A stretch of DNA of 64,000 nt, taken from assembly GCA_965222075.1 (NCBI GenBank), contig OZ244937.1:1920001-1984000 (forward strand), read 5' to 3'. Source of the DNA: Candidatus Latescibacterota bacterium. GTDB taxonomy: Bacteria; Latescibacterota; UBA2968; GCA-2709665. Position numbers and translations under genes: made by a program. This document shows, piece by piece, positions 29,169 to 39,187 of the stretch (position 1 is its first letter; each line of letters starts with the position of its first letter). Below the pieces are notes generated by a model, which saw nothing but the letters and a program-made list of their open reading frames with translations, was not told the origin of the DNA and searched no databases.

Positions 29169-32100
29169 TCACCTTTCAGACTTAAAAACACCACTTCTGG
29201 TGTAGCCATCTTTCATCTCCTGGGGCAGGGTGCGCCAGATCAGGAAGTGCTTGCGGATCGTGTTGAGGAACCCCCGGTTGATCCGCTGCCACGACGCCAT
29301 ATCTCCGGACAGCCGCTGGATATGGACCTCCACCCCGTAGATGCCGAACTGCCCTGTCGGCGCCGCCACCATGCGCACCCGCTGGCTGATGCCCAGGTCG
29401 TAAGGGGCCAGCCAGGTCATCATCTCGATGGCGTAGACCGGCTCTCCCTCCCGCTTCTGGGCAGCAAACCGCACCCCTTCGGTCATAAACGCTCCGGTGG
29501 ATCCCTCCCCGTAGGAGTCGAATACCTCCGCCAGATAGACGTAAGCCCCGGCCACCTCTGCCCCGGCCACCGTGAAGGGGAAATCGAACAGCCAGTGGTC
29601 TCCATCCGGAGGGGGGAAAACCCACTGCCGCGTGACGTCCGGCACAGCCATTGCCGCGGCCTTCCGGGAGGGGTAGAGCGCCGAGAGCATCACTGTGGCC
29701 ATGACAACCAGTGTGGACGTGACCGCCGACAGCGACGAATAGTTGAGCGTCAACCCCCCCAGCATTCCGGCCAACGACAGAATCATCACCACCACCTGTC
29801 CCACAAGGTAGCCCATCACCGCCCCCACCGTGGCGAACACCGTCGCCTCTGCCAGGAACAGCGCCGACACGTGGGACGGGGCCAGGCCCAGCGATGAGTA
29901 GATGCCGATCTCCGAAAACCGCTCATAGACCGACCCCATCATCGTGTTGAGCACGATCAGCGCTGCAATTGCGATCGGGATGAGGAGGTTGCTCACACCC
30001 TTCAGCGACGTGGCCCCGATGGAGGAATAGACCGCCACCTTCTCCGCCACGCCCACGAACGCCGTCAGCGCCACCCGCGCCATAAACGCCTCGACTTGCG
30101 GGATGAAGTCCTGCTGTTTGAATCGGCCCACGGCCACCGACTGCAGCGACCCTCCCAGGTCCATCGCCGTCCGATACGGCAGCACGGCCACATTCTCCGG
30201 GTCGAGGTGAACAAATGCCTTGATCGGCTCTTTCGCCAGCACCTCTGGGTCCGCCGACTGGACCTGAGCCATTTCGTCCCCCTCCTCCACAGTATCCACC
30301 GGCGTGAGATGCTCATCGTCCAGGTCCTTCAGCGCCCGCATCCGCTCCGAGTCCAGAACCCCCACCACCCGCAGCATCCTGCCGAACAGCCGCACCTGGG
30401 CCCGGCCGACGTCCTCCGATCCAACCCCGAGCAGCTCCGCCATCGTGTCGGGCAGGAGGCAGACCTCCCGCTCCCCCTCCCGGAACCAGCGTCCGGCGCT
30501 CAAACAGCGGTCCACGCCCATGATCTCCGGCTCCCGCCAGGTCAGACCGACCAGCCCGTTGGCGTAGGTCCGATGCCCCTCCCTCTCCACTTCGAAGTAT
30601 GCCTGCCCCTTTCGCACGCCAGGCAGACACCAGGCCCGGGACACAACCGTAGCCTGCTCGCTGAATGCGCTTGAGAGCACATCCAGCGCCGAAGCCTGCA
30701 GCCCCCGCCACCCCCGGTCGCGCACCAGCATCCCCTCATACCCGGGCCGGTTGTCTCTGGGCATCTTGTAGAACTTGAGCGACGTGACCACCGACGTGAA
30801 CGAAAGGACCGTGAACGTCAGCAGGATGAGTGTGACCGCTGTAAGACCCGTGCGCATCGGCCGGTTTCGCAAATTGGAAATGCCCAGCGACATGGCCGCT
30901 GCGACCGCACTCACCCGCCCCACGTCCGCCCGGGGGATCTCTTTGCCCCCGCTCCGCAGGCGGCGCAGCACCTCGCCGAACTTCCCCACCAGCAGGCCCA
31001 ACACCCCGCACGCCAGGGACAGAATGACGAACGCCAGAAAGATGATGTAGGGCGTTGAAGCCAGCTTGAACGCCGGATGCACCCACCTCAGGATTAAAAA
31101 GACCGCAACGAACACCGCAGCAGCACCCAGCAGCCGCTTCCGGATGTCTGCAAAACCCAGCAGCAGCCGCTCCGCAAAGAACGAAAACGGCAGCAGCAGC
31201 GCAAAGTAGAACACGATCCCATGCACCGTGTCGTTGGCCGTGGACTTCACGTCCGGGTAGGCCCGCGCCTCCAGCCCCCACGCCCGCCGCGTCTCCGAGA
31301 TGAACCGGTCGTAGTCCAGCCGCTCTAAGGCGCTCCGGGCGTTCAACAGGGCTCTGCGCGCCTCCCCATGCAGCCCCTCCACCCGCCGGTTCTCCACCCC
31401 GTACCGGGCAAGTTGTTTCAACCGCGCGTCGTTGAGCACCCACATATCCCGCGCTCCCCGATACGAGGGGAACGTGATGACGCCCTCCTCAGCCGGATAA
31501 CCAACCCCCTTTGACCGGGTCACGACATCGTCTGTCACCTTTACAACCGGGTGCAGCAACAGCTCGTCCGGGGCGTTCGTCAGCAGGTACTTGATCCCGA
31601 CAATTCCAGTACTCACAAACAGCTTTGAGCGCTGTCCCGGCGGCACGAACGCCACGGCTGCCAGCGAGACACGAGCTGGAGACCCCACCAGCACCGCTCC
31701 CCCCGACCAGTCGGCCATCGCCCGCCCACCAACGTGCGTCACACCGTAAGACCGCAGGGGCCCGTCGTCCGGGCCAAGGATGGTCATGGCATCCAGGGCG
31801 AACAGGGTCCGGGAGTCGAAGATCTCGAACAGCGTCAGCGCCCGGCACTCAAACAGGACCGCCATGGTCTCCATCTCTTCTGACGTCAGCCGCACCTGGA
31901 GCGGGTACGTCTTGTCCCCATCCTCCCCCAGGTCCGGGGCCATGGCTACCTCCCCATCTTCGCCCAGCCTGTAAGCCACCAGGGTCACCGTACGCGTCCA
32001 GGCGTGCGCCGGCGACCGCACGCTCCGCAGCCGGAACCGCCCCGCCTTGTCCGTTAGCACCGCCGTCATCGTCCGCACCCCGGTCCGGCTGTCCGCCGGG

Positions 32101-33782
32101 CCATAGGCTACCACCGCCCCCGGCACCTTTCGCTTGGGCACAAAAGGATTCACCTGCCGGTCGAACAGGTAGACCGATCCGCTCAGGTCTGCCGCATAGT
32201 CCTTGAAATCGTACTTCGCCTCCGGGAAGAACTCGACATCCCGGCACGCCTTCAGCAGCATCCCCACAGTCGTCTGCGCCTGCGACGCCACCTTTTCAAA
32301 GTCCACCCGGTCCGCCACGTCTGCCGGCGTATCGATCCGCTCCCGGCTGTCGTGGGGCGTGGCGAACGTCATCGCCGTCATCCCGTGATAGAGCACCGCC
32401 TCCATATCAAACGCCAGGGGCGCGGACATGAAGTTCCACCACTCCCGGTTCGGCGGGGCAAGCGCATCCATCAACCGGGCCTGCGGCGGCTCTCCGGGAA
32501 ACAGCTCCGCCTCATAACTTGCAAACTGCTGTGAAAAAAACCTCAGCGTATTCTTCCGGTACCAGTCCGTCCGCCCCGTCCTCCACCCGGAATAGAACGT
32601 CCCCTGGCTGAAGAGCGCAGCCCGGCTGTCCCCCGACGAGAAGTCCAGCCCCATGAACAGGTCGAAGTCGATCCGATCCTCCGGCCGTATCTTCTCCCGA
32701 AAATGCGGGCTCTTTCGAGCGTGCCGGTAGACAAAATCGTTGATCCCCGCCAGCCCGTTGAAGTGCCCGGACGTGGCCAGCACCAGCACCGAAAACTTCG
32801 GGCGATGCACCGACAGCGCCTCTGCAATCTCCAAAAGCGAAGCAACACCCGCAGCCGACTCCGCACCCGGCGCGCGCGACGGAACGATGGACATCGCGTC
32901 GTAATACGCCTCGATAACAACAAGCCGGTCTTTCCACCGCCGGGGCTCTGCGCCCGGCCGGCCCGGCATCATCTCGTCCGACCCCCGAATGAACCCGTAG
33001 ACGTTCCACGTGGACGCCTCCTCCCACACCATCCGCGCCCTCACCGTCGCCTCCTCCCCGGCCTCTGCAAGCTCCCTCAACCGCACGCCTTCCTCCGCAT
33101 CCGCCCAGAAGCGCGGCACATTGGCAGGCACCGGCAATACCTTCAACTCCGCCTGCCCGCGGTTCACCACCCCATTATCGAAAAAAATCACCGCCACCGC
33201 ACCCAGCATCATCGGGTGGATGTAGTTCCGGTCGCAGTCGAAGTCCATCAGCACGATGGACCCCTCCACACGCTTCCCGTTGAAGTCCGCAAACGCCCCC
33301 TTCCCTCCGTAGATCAACCGTCCCGTTACACCCCCTGCCGGCAGCGTTGAGGTCCGGATGTGGTTCGGCCACAGACAGGCCAGGGCAACCTCCTCCCCCG
33401 TTGCCCCCACCCTCAGCCGCGCCCCCCGGTCTACCGGCACGGCCACTGTGAAGGAGTCCGTCCGGATATCCTGCAATCCGATCCGCTCGAACTCTCCCAG
33501 GATGTAGTCGTATGCCGCCCGGTTGCCCGGGTAGCCCACCGCCCGCGACGGCCAGGAAGACAGCGTTCGGATCTGCCGGGCAATCCGCTCTGGCGAGACC
33601 CGGGCCATTGCCGCCTGGATATCCGACGCCAGGACCGGAACCTGTGGCCGCTGGTAGCCCGCCTGCCAGTCCATGAACCGGCCAAAGAACTGCCTCGAAA
33701 TTGCACCGGGGTCCAGGATCCACACACAGATGTTGACCGCAATGCCGATGGCCAGCAAAAGATATAGCAGTAATTTTTTCAT
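29169..33782 (-). CDS. M28-peptidase-like/PA domain fused to FtsX/MacB-like permease
   Basis: N-terminal TM; 'SRAVGYPGNRAAYDYI', PA-like insert, 'YYDAMS...PGAESAAG...LLE'; C-terminal 'NLRNRPMRTGLT' and 'VYERFSEIGIYSSLG' FtsX motifs. Start at MKKLLLY. Confidence 0.8.
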   Translation of the reverse strand: MKKLLLYLLLAIGIAVNICVWILDPGAISRQFFGRFMDWQAGYQRPQVPVLASDIQAAMARVSPERIARQIRTLSSWPSRAVGYPGNRAAYDYILGEFERIGLQDIRTDSFTVAVPVDRGARLRVGATGEEVALACLWPNHIRTSTLPAGGVTGRLIYGGKGAFADFNGKRVEGSIVLMDFDCDRNYIHPMMLGAVAVIFFDNGVVNRGQAELKVLPVPANVPRFWADAEEGVRLRELAEAGEEATVRARMVWEEASTWNVYGFIRGSDEMMPGRPGAEPRRWKDRLVVIEAYYDAMSIVPSRAPGAESAAGVASLLEIAEALSVHRPKFSVLVLATSGHFNGLAGINDFVYRHARKSPHFREKIRPEDRIDFDLFMGLDFSSGDSRAALFSQGTFYSGWRTGRTDWYRKNTLRFFSQQFASYEAELFPGEPPQARLMDALAPPNREWWNFMSAPLAFDMEAVLYHGMTAMTFATPHDSRERIDTPADVADRVDFEKVASQAQTTVGMLLKACRDVEFFPEAKYDFKDYAADLSGSVYLFDRQVNPFVPKRKVPGAVVAYGPADSRTGVRTMTAVLTDKAGRFRLRSVRSPAHAWTRTVTLVAYRLGEDGEVAMAPDLGEDGDKTYPLQVRLTSEEMETMAVLFECRALTLFEIFDSRTLFALDAMTILGPDDGPLRSYGVTHVGGRAMADWSGGAVLVGSPARVSLAAVAFVPPGQRSKLFVSTGIVGIKYLLTNAPDELLLHPVVKVTDDVVTRSKGVGYPAEEGVITFPSYRGARDMWVLNDARLKQLARYGVENRRVEGLHGEARRALLNARSALERLDYDRFISETRRAWGLEARAYPDVKSTANDTVHGIVFYFALLLPFSFFAERLLLGFADIRKRLLGAAAVFVAVFLILRWVHPAFKLASTPYIIFLAFVILSLACGVLGLLVGKFGEVLRRLRSGGKEIPRADVGRVSAVAAAMSLGISNLRNRPMRTGLTAVTLILLTFTVLSFTSVVTSLKFYKMPRDNRPGYEGMLVRDRGWRGLQASALDVLSSAFSEQATVVSRAWCLPGVRKGQAYFEVEREGHRTYANGLVGLTWREPEIMGVDRCLSAGRWFREGEREVCLLPDTMAELLGVGSEDVGRAQVRLFGRMLRVVGVLDSERMRALKDLDDEHLTPVDTVEEGDEMAQVQSADPEVLAKEPIKAFVHLDPENVAVLPYRTAMDLGGSLQSVAVGRFKQQDFIPQVEAFMARVALTAFVGVAEKVAVYSSIGATSLKGVSNLLIPIAIAALIVLNTMMGSVYERFSEIGIYSSLGLAPSHVSALFLAEATVFATVGAVMGYLVGQVVVMILSLAGMLGGLTLNYSSLSAVTSTLVVMATVMLSALYPSRKAAAMAVPDVTRQWVFPPPDGDHWLFDFPFTVAGAEVAGAYVYLAEVFDSYGEGSTGAFMTEGVRFAAQKREGEPVYAIEMMTWLAPYDLGISQRVRMVAAPTGQFGIYGVEVHIQRLSGDMASWQRINRGFLNTIRKHFLIWRTLPQEMKDGYTRSGVFKSER

Positions 33783-33802
33783 GTAGAATGTCACACAGCC
33801 CC

Positions 33803-35791
33803 TCAGTAGATCACTTCTGACACCGCCTTGGAGATCAGGGCGACAGCAATGGAGGCCATACCCACCAGGCCCATTCCGCAGGAGTATCCTGCCAGCAGAA
33901 CCGGCGCATACGCCCTCCACCGTTCACCCCCGAATCGCCTTCCAAAGACGTAGCGACCGAGCATCGCCCCGACAAACTGCGGAATGACGAAGTGCGGCCA
34001 CGTGCCCAGCCCCCCCACAAATCCATAGAAGATGAGTGTGGGTGCGCCAAGGAGGGATAGCAGAAGGTACATCCCCCCTCCAAAAACGAACCCGACCAAA
34101 ATGGCGTCCCAGCGGATGATCTGCCCAAAAATGTCAATCCCCCCACCACCGGGCATCGTAGACCGAATCCACATCGTCTGAATCGTGGCATGGAACGGCC
34201 AGAACTTCTGGACGAAGGGGTAAGCGGCGGAGGGAATCGGACCCAACCGCCAGATGAACGACCAGAAGATAAAGCTGCAAACAAGCATCACAACGAACGT
34301 GACGGCTACCATCCTCACCAGGCTCCCGAACTTCGTCCGGGTTAACTCCATTTGCCTGAAGGTGTTGGCATTCCCCCCGTGATCGAACATCGGAATCGGC
34401 GCGAACCAGACCGCAGCCCCCTTATAACCCGACAGGTAGAAGGACGCCTCCCGCAAAAAAGGAATGGAGGACCCGTAGGGGCTCCCCGTCAGTCCAATCA
34501 TCCGCGCTCCGATGTAGGAGCTGAACGGCGTCCACAAAAACCCGAACGCCGCCGTAATCACCCACGGAAACGCCGGTACCAGGTAGCGGACCAGGACAAC
34601 AAAAGCCGCCGTGCTCACCCCCCAGATCAAGACCGGTATCCGGATCGGGATATCTCCACGGCCCGCAGGTAGATCCTGCCTTTTTTTGCCTCTCGTCTCT
34701 CTCCTCTCGCGTCTCTGTTTCAGGATCGTCCGGCCGGCAAGGACGAACCCTACAAAGGCGATAACGAGAGACGTCCCCACCCCGAAGCTCAGCCAGAAAT
34801 CGAACGAATTGGAGATCTGCGTCGGAATCGCCGTCATCCCCGGTGACCAGGTGTGGAGCACACCCCACCGATAAAGGATCGGGTTGGTGACCAGATTGAC
34901 CAGCATCGAGGCAGCAAAGCTGCCCGCCACGATCCAGAACGGCAGCACAAGCCCGATAAGCACGTGGGCCAGATCCGTCCCGATGCCGAAAATTGCCGCC
35001 GGTAGCGACGCCCGGAGGCTGTCCGTCACGTCCACGAACGGAATTGGGAAAATCTGCACCGTCTCCGTCAGGAACAGCCCGGAAATCGTCGGCACCGTCA
35101 CGTAGATAAGTCCCCAGATCGCCCCGATCATAGCGCCCACGCTGAACACGTTCCACCGCCATCCCTCCTGTTTGGACGAGGTCTCCCCCAGCGCCGTTGC
35201 TCCCCCCGCCTGCACCGGGGCCATCGGAAAGGACAATCGTTCCACGTCACTCGTCACACGGAACATGACGTATCCAAGCGACAGGGAATTGATCCGGTTA
35301 AGGACCATCACCACGATGAGGATGACGATTGGTTTCACCCAGTGCGGGTGCAGAAAGCTCCTCGTATCGTACGCGGAAGACCCGGTGGGCGGAGCCACCC
35401 AATCCGGGATATGTTCCGCAATCCCCTCCGCCTGCGGAGACTGGACGAGGTACTGGTCCCACACCAGTCCACCGAAAGGTCCTCCGAACAGATCCGCCCC
35501 GGTCCCCAGCTTCCCCCCCATCATCACCAGCCCCCCGGCAATCCAGTAGAGGATGATAATCTCCTGGGTCCGAAGCCTTATGAAAGAACGCTTGGCAATC
35601 TCGATGAACAGGATAACGGTGACCCACTCCGCCCCGCCCGCCATGCTCTGGCCCGTCACCAGGCCCAGGTAGATCGCACCCGGCAACATCAAAAACCCGA
35701 CGAACAGGGCTCCCCAGATTGTCTTGAGGTTGAAACCCTCCTCAAAGGGAGCAGCCTCCGTGTCCCGGATTTCAGATTCGAAAGTTGCCAA
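33803..35791 (-). CDS. OPT/YSL-like membrane protein (putative peptide transporter)
   Basis: Polytopic, with 'AEWVTVILF', 'ERLSFPMAP' and 'PIPSAAYP' motifs. TTG start at 35791 is inferred and uncertain. Confidence 0.7.
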   Translation of the reverse strand: MATFESEIRDTEAAPFEEGFNLKTIWGALFVGFLMLPGAIYLGLVTGQSMAGGAEWVTVILFIEIAKRSFIRLRTQEIIILYWIAGGLVMMGGKLGTGADLFGGPFGGLVWDQYLVQSPQAEGIAEHIPDWVAPPTGSSAYDTRSFLHPHWVKPIVILIVVMVLNRINSLSLGYVMFRVTSDVERLSFPMAPVQAGGATALGETSSKQEGWRWNVFSVGAMIGAIWGLIYVTVPTISGLFLTETVQIFPIPFVDVTDSLRASLPAAIFGIGTDLAHVLIGLVLPFWIVAGSFAASMLVNLVTNPILYRWGVLHTWSPGMTAIPTQISNSFDFWLSFGVGTSLVIAFVGFVLAGRTILKQRRERRETRGKKRQDLPAGRGDIPIRIPVLIWGVSTAAFVVLVRYLVPAFPWVITAAFGFLWTPFSSYIGARMIGLTGSPYGSSIPFLREASFYLSGYKGAAVWFAPIPMFDHGGNANTFRQMELTRTKFGSLVRMVAVTFVVMLVCSFIFWSFIWRLGPIPSAAYPFVQKFWPFHATIQTMWIRSTMPGGGGIDIFGQIIRWDAILVGFVFGGGMYLLLSLLGAPTLIFYGFVGGLGTWPHFVIPQFVGAMLGRYVFGRRFGGERWRAYAPVLLAGYSCGMGLVGMASIAVALISKAVSEVIY

Positions 35792-35804
35792 ATAAGCCCC
35801 CGCT

Positions 35805-37769
35805 TCAATATCCCAGCCACGGCTCGATCCAGGGATGGATCCGGTGCCCGGCGCCGTGGAAGAAGATAACGTCAATCAGGAACGAAAAGATGACCGCCGC
35901 GATATGCCCCACAATCAGGCCGAGAAAAAACGGCTTGGCCTTTCGATACAACGTGACTCCGCCAAATCGCACGATCAGATATTTGCAGGCCCACCCGATG
36001 AAGATGCACAGGACGAAGTTCCGAATGATATTCGTGCTGGCCACCGTGAAGCCGATGGGATGGAGCGGCCACCAGGGGAACCGGTAGCGCATGAATGTCA
36101 GCAGGGCCATAAGCACGGCCCCGACCCCGAAACAGGTGAGCAATTCCCAGTTCGGAGGCGCCGGGTCCTTCGCCTCGGCGACCACGCTCCGGAAGGTGTA
36201 GTGACTCCCGGCGCGGAACTCCCATCCAAAATTCGACGCTCCGTCCCGGTAGGGCAGGTAAAACGTCACGACGAGCGTTGTGACCATGCCGATGACCAGG
36301 CTCAACGCCAACCAGACCAGCATCCTGCGTCGTTGCCCTCGGAGGAAGTCCGCCCATCGGGCCACGTGTGAAAATGGCCCCAGGTAGTTCGGGATGAGAC
36401 GGGAGAAACCCAGAGCCACCAGACTCGACGGCGCCATTTTGTCGGATCCCAGGGCGAGTATCGCAATTCCCTGCGAACTCGCCGGCGCGGACACGAACAT
36501 CAGCCCGGACTCGACAACGATCCGTGTGACCCCGATCGCAAGGAGCAGGCCCACCCCCATGACCAGGAACGCCAGATACGGCTGTAGCCCGATATTGATC
36601 AGCCATCCTACGGAGAACAGCCACCCCAGGGCAACCCCCCAGAAGGCAACGCGAAACGGAATCAACTCATCCCCGTCGTCCGCAGACTTCCGGCCAAACC
36701 CGGCCAGGACCACCTCTTTCAGATGCTGCCGGGCGATCCACAGACCCCACAACACGAACACGAAAAACGCTCCGGCGCACTGCCATCCGCCGATGGGGTA
36801 GAGGGACGGGGGATAGAGCCCCGGCCTGAAAGTAATGTTGACGCCCAACCTGTTCAGGATGCCGACCTGCACCATGTAAAACAGGAAGAAAAACCAGATG
36901 CTGAACAGGATCTCCAGGTTGGCGAAGTAGGCAAACCCAATCGCAAAGGCGCTCTTGAGGGTGTAAACCCCGGGAAACCCACTTGCGAAAGAGAACATCG
37001 TCCCCCTCAGAGGCACCAGGGGCGTGGCTGGCGCAAAGTAGCCGATCACATTCCACCCAAGCGTCCCGAACGCCACGGCAAACCCCGACCAGAAAAGCCG
37101 GCTTTGCATAAACACAGGCAACAGCCGCCTCCCATCGGACCCTTCGATGATATCCAGCGTCACGCCCACCAGCGGGTAGGTCAGCCGCTCGTGCTCTGCC
37201 CACTGCTTCCTCAAAATCACCCCCAAACAGATCGACGCCACCGCCATCGCCAGGACCGGCAGCAGCCACCAGAACAGGGGCGAAACCCACGGCTGCCACG
37301 GCATCGAAGCGCCCTCCGGCAGCCCCTCGAAGAACCACTTCATCGCCCCTGAATGGTCCGTAGGAATGAGCCACGCCGGGAGATACGGGTGGATATATTT
37401 ATCCCACTGATTCTCCGGCGAGGCGAAGTAGTAGGGACTGGCCACGATGCCCAGCATGCTCGCCGCACCCCGATACGCACCGCCCGAAAGCCCCAGGCAC
37501 AGGATGATGAACAGTTCTCGCGGGGCCAGCCCCGCCTGGGGCCGGACGGCCTTGATGGCCGGGTTGATGAGGGTTACAACGATTAGAAAAATCGAAAGCA
37601 GCGACGTTGGGATGAACCCGTATTCCACCCACGACGACCGGGCAACGTAGCGGGAGTAGTCAATCCAGAATTGAGAAAGCATGGCAACGGCGATGCCGAT
37701 GACCACCGACCGGGGGGTGATCCGATTCGACCGCCCCACCTCGACCGCTCTCTCTGTCAGTCCCTCCAT
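35805..37769 (-). CDS. DUF6785/DUF6784-type polytopic membrane protein (OPT-like)
   Basis: 'PYYFASPENQW', 'QWAEHERLTYP', 'WWPLHPIGF' and 'KPFFLG' motifs; paralog of 5312-7315. Confidence 0.75.
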   Translation of the reverse strand: MEGLTERAVEVGRSNRITPRSVVIGIAVAMLSQFWIDYSRYVARSSWVEYGFIPTSLLSIFLIVVTLINPAIKAVRPQAGLAPRELFIILCLGLSGGAYRGAASMLGIVASPYYFASPENQWDKYIHPYLPAWLIPTDHSGAMKWFFEGLPEGASMPWQPWVSPLFWWLLPVLAMAVASICLGVILRKQWAEHERLTYPLVGVTLDIIEGSDGRRLLPVFMQSRLFWSGFAVAFGTLGWNVIGYFAPATPLVPLRGTMFSFASGFPGVYTLKSAFAIGFAYFANLEILFSIWFFFLFYMVQVGILNRLGVNITFRPGLYPPSLYPIGGWQCAGAFFVFVLWGLWIARQHLKEVVLAGFGRKSADDGDELIPFRVAFWGVALGWLFSVGWLINIGLQPYLAFLVMGVGLLLAIGVTRIVVESGLMFVSAPASSQGIAILALGSDKMAPSSLVALGFSRLIPNYLGPFSHVARWADFLRGQRRRMLVWLALSLVIGMVTTLVVTFYLPYRDGASNFGWEFRAGSHYTFRSVVAEAKDPAPPNWELLTCFGVGAVLMALLTFMRYRFPWWPLHPIGFTVASTNIIRNFVLCIFIGWACKYLIVRFGGVTLYRKAKPFFLGLIVGHIAAVIFSFLIDVIFFHGAGHRIHPWIEPWLGY

Positions 37770-37847
37770 TTGAATAAAACTCCGCTTATTTAGACACAGA
37801 AGCCGCTCCAACCATACAGCCACCGTCGGTAATGATAGAAGCTCCCG

Positions 37848-37934
37848 TCAGATGTCACCCATCTTTTGAGCCGAAGCGAAACCAATATCTCCCGCGCCTC
37901 CCGTGACCAACGCCACCTTTGTTGCAGTTGCCAT
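37848..37934 (-). pseudogene. Truncated short-chain dehydrogenase (SDR) N-terminal remnant, 28 aa
   Basis: GGAGG RBS then MATATKVALVTGGAGDIGFASAQKMGDI*. The TGxxxxIG Rossmann motif is followed almost at once by a stop. Confidence 0.75.
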
Positions 37935-37998
37935 TTTGGACCTCCATTCGGCATGAAATCAATCAATGATAGACTTTATGGGCCGCTAGCTCCATTCC

Positions 37999-38973
37999 TC
38001 ATCCTCGCACTTCCACAACCTGCCCTGTCCGGGCCGATTCCGCAGCAGCATCCAGAACGGCAAGTGAGGGGAGGACCTGCCGGCCGGCGGATTCTGGCTC
38101 CCGTCCGGTAAGCACGGCATCCACAAACTCGGCCATTTGTGCGTCGAAGGCGTTCTGATAGGCGCGATCGGAAGACTCTTCAACAATGGGTTGTCCATCC
38201 AGCCGGAGGGTGTGCCAGCAGTCAATGACAAGCGTTCCTTTCTGGCAGACGATGATCATATCCCTTCGGGTATGCTTCGAGCAGAAGGAGTCATAATTGA
38301 CAGCGTACGCCCCATTGTCCAGGGCAATGCTCGCCATGAAATCGTCCTCCCCGGTGTGGTCGACGCTGTTGTTGTGAGCCGTGGCGTAAACCCGGAGGGG
38401 ACGTGCATCGGCCATCCAGGGATAGAAATCAAACGTATGGGTGCCGGAACTCTCCATCAGAACATGCCGGCAGTCTTTGTACCAGGGCGGGAAGCTCGTG
38501 TTGTAGTGAAGCATGGTATAGAGAAAATGGAGGGGGTTTCCAACATCCCCAGACCGGAGGACCTCGCGGACCTTCCGGCAGACAGCCAGGAAGCGACAGC
38601 ACTGCGCCGACATCAGCGTCAGGTTCAGACGCTCCGCCTCCGACACGAGAGTCACGCCATCTGCATGGCCCTCGGCCATAGGCTTCTCAACCAGGACGTG
38701 TTTGCCCGCCTGGAGGGCCGCCATGACGTGGTCGAAGTGAAGGTTGCTGGGGGTGCAAAGGACAACGGCGTCGATGCCGGGATCGGCCAGAGCATCTTCA
38801 TAGGCACCGTAGGCGCGTGGTGCGCCGTAGTCGCTGGCCGCGGCCATGCGCCGGCCCTCGTCCCGGCTGACAGCGGCGACAACCCGGGCCTGGTCACACT
38901 TCTGAATCGCTCTAAAGTGGAGCTTTGAGACATTGCCGCAGCCCACCACCCCCAGACACAATCTATCGGACAT
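37999..38973 (-). CDS. Gfo/Idh/MocA family oxidoreductase
   Basis: 'GVVGCG', 'GKHVLVEKP', 'GTHTFD' and 'AAAESARTGQVV' motifs. Confidence 0.9.
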   Translation of the reverse strand: MSDRLCLGVVGCGNVSKLHFRAIQKCDQARVVAAVSRDEGRRMAAASDYGAPRAYGAYEDALADPGIDAVVLCTPSNLHFDHVMAALQAGKHVLVEKPMAEGHADGVTLVSEAERLNLTLMSAQCCRFLAVCRKVREVLRSGDVGNPLHFLYTMLHYNTSFPPWYKDCRHVLMESSGTHTFDFYPWMADARPLRVYATAHNNSVDHTGEDDFMASIALDNGAYAVNYDSFCSKHTRRDMIIVCQKGTLVIDCWHTLRLDGQPIVEESSDRAYQNAFDAQMAEFVDAVLTGREPESAGRQVLPSLAVLDAAAESARTGQVVEVRG

Positions 38974-39033
38974 AGGAGAACCTCCACTTTATATTGACAA
39001 GCACACGGTAGCTTCTTAGCTTAAGGACAATAA

Positions 39034-39186
39034 GGAAATTTACCAATAGTCACTGTTATTTTCAAGAATGATGACGGGGCACCACTTACGGTTGACCTGA
39101 ACGGATCGTCGGTGGAAGGCGAGATGGAGGTCACGGTTCCGTCTTCGGGACTCGTGGTACGGCGGACGGATGGCCGTGGTCGTTGA
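39034..39186 (+). pseudogene. Start-less coding remnant of a beta-rich domain
   Basis: Stop-bounded frame GNLPIVTVIFKNDDGAPLTVDLNGSSVEGEMEVTVPSSGLVVRRTDGRGR* reads as protein-like; a TTGACA-17-TAGCTT motif lies upstream at 38994-39022. Confidence 0.4.
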
Positions 39187-39187
39187 T

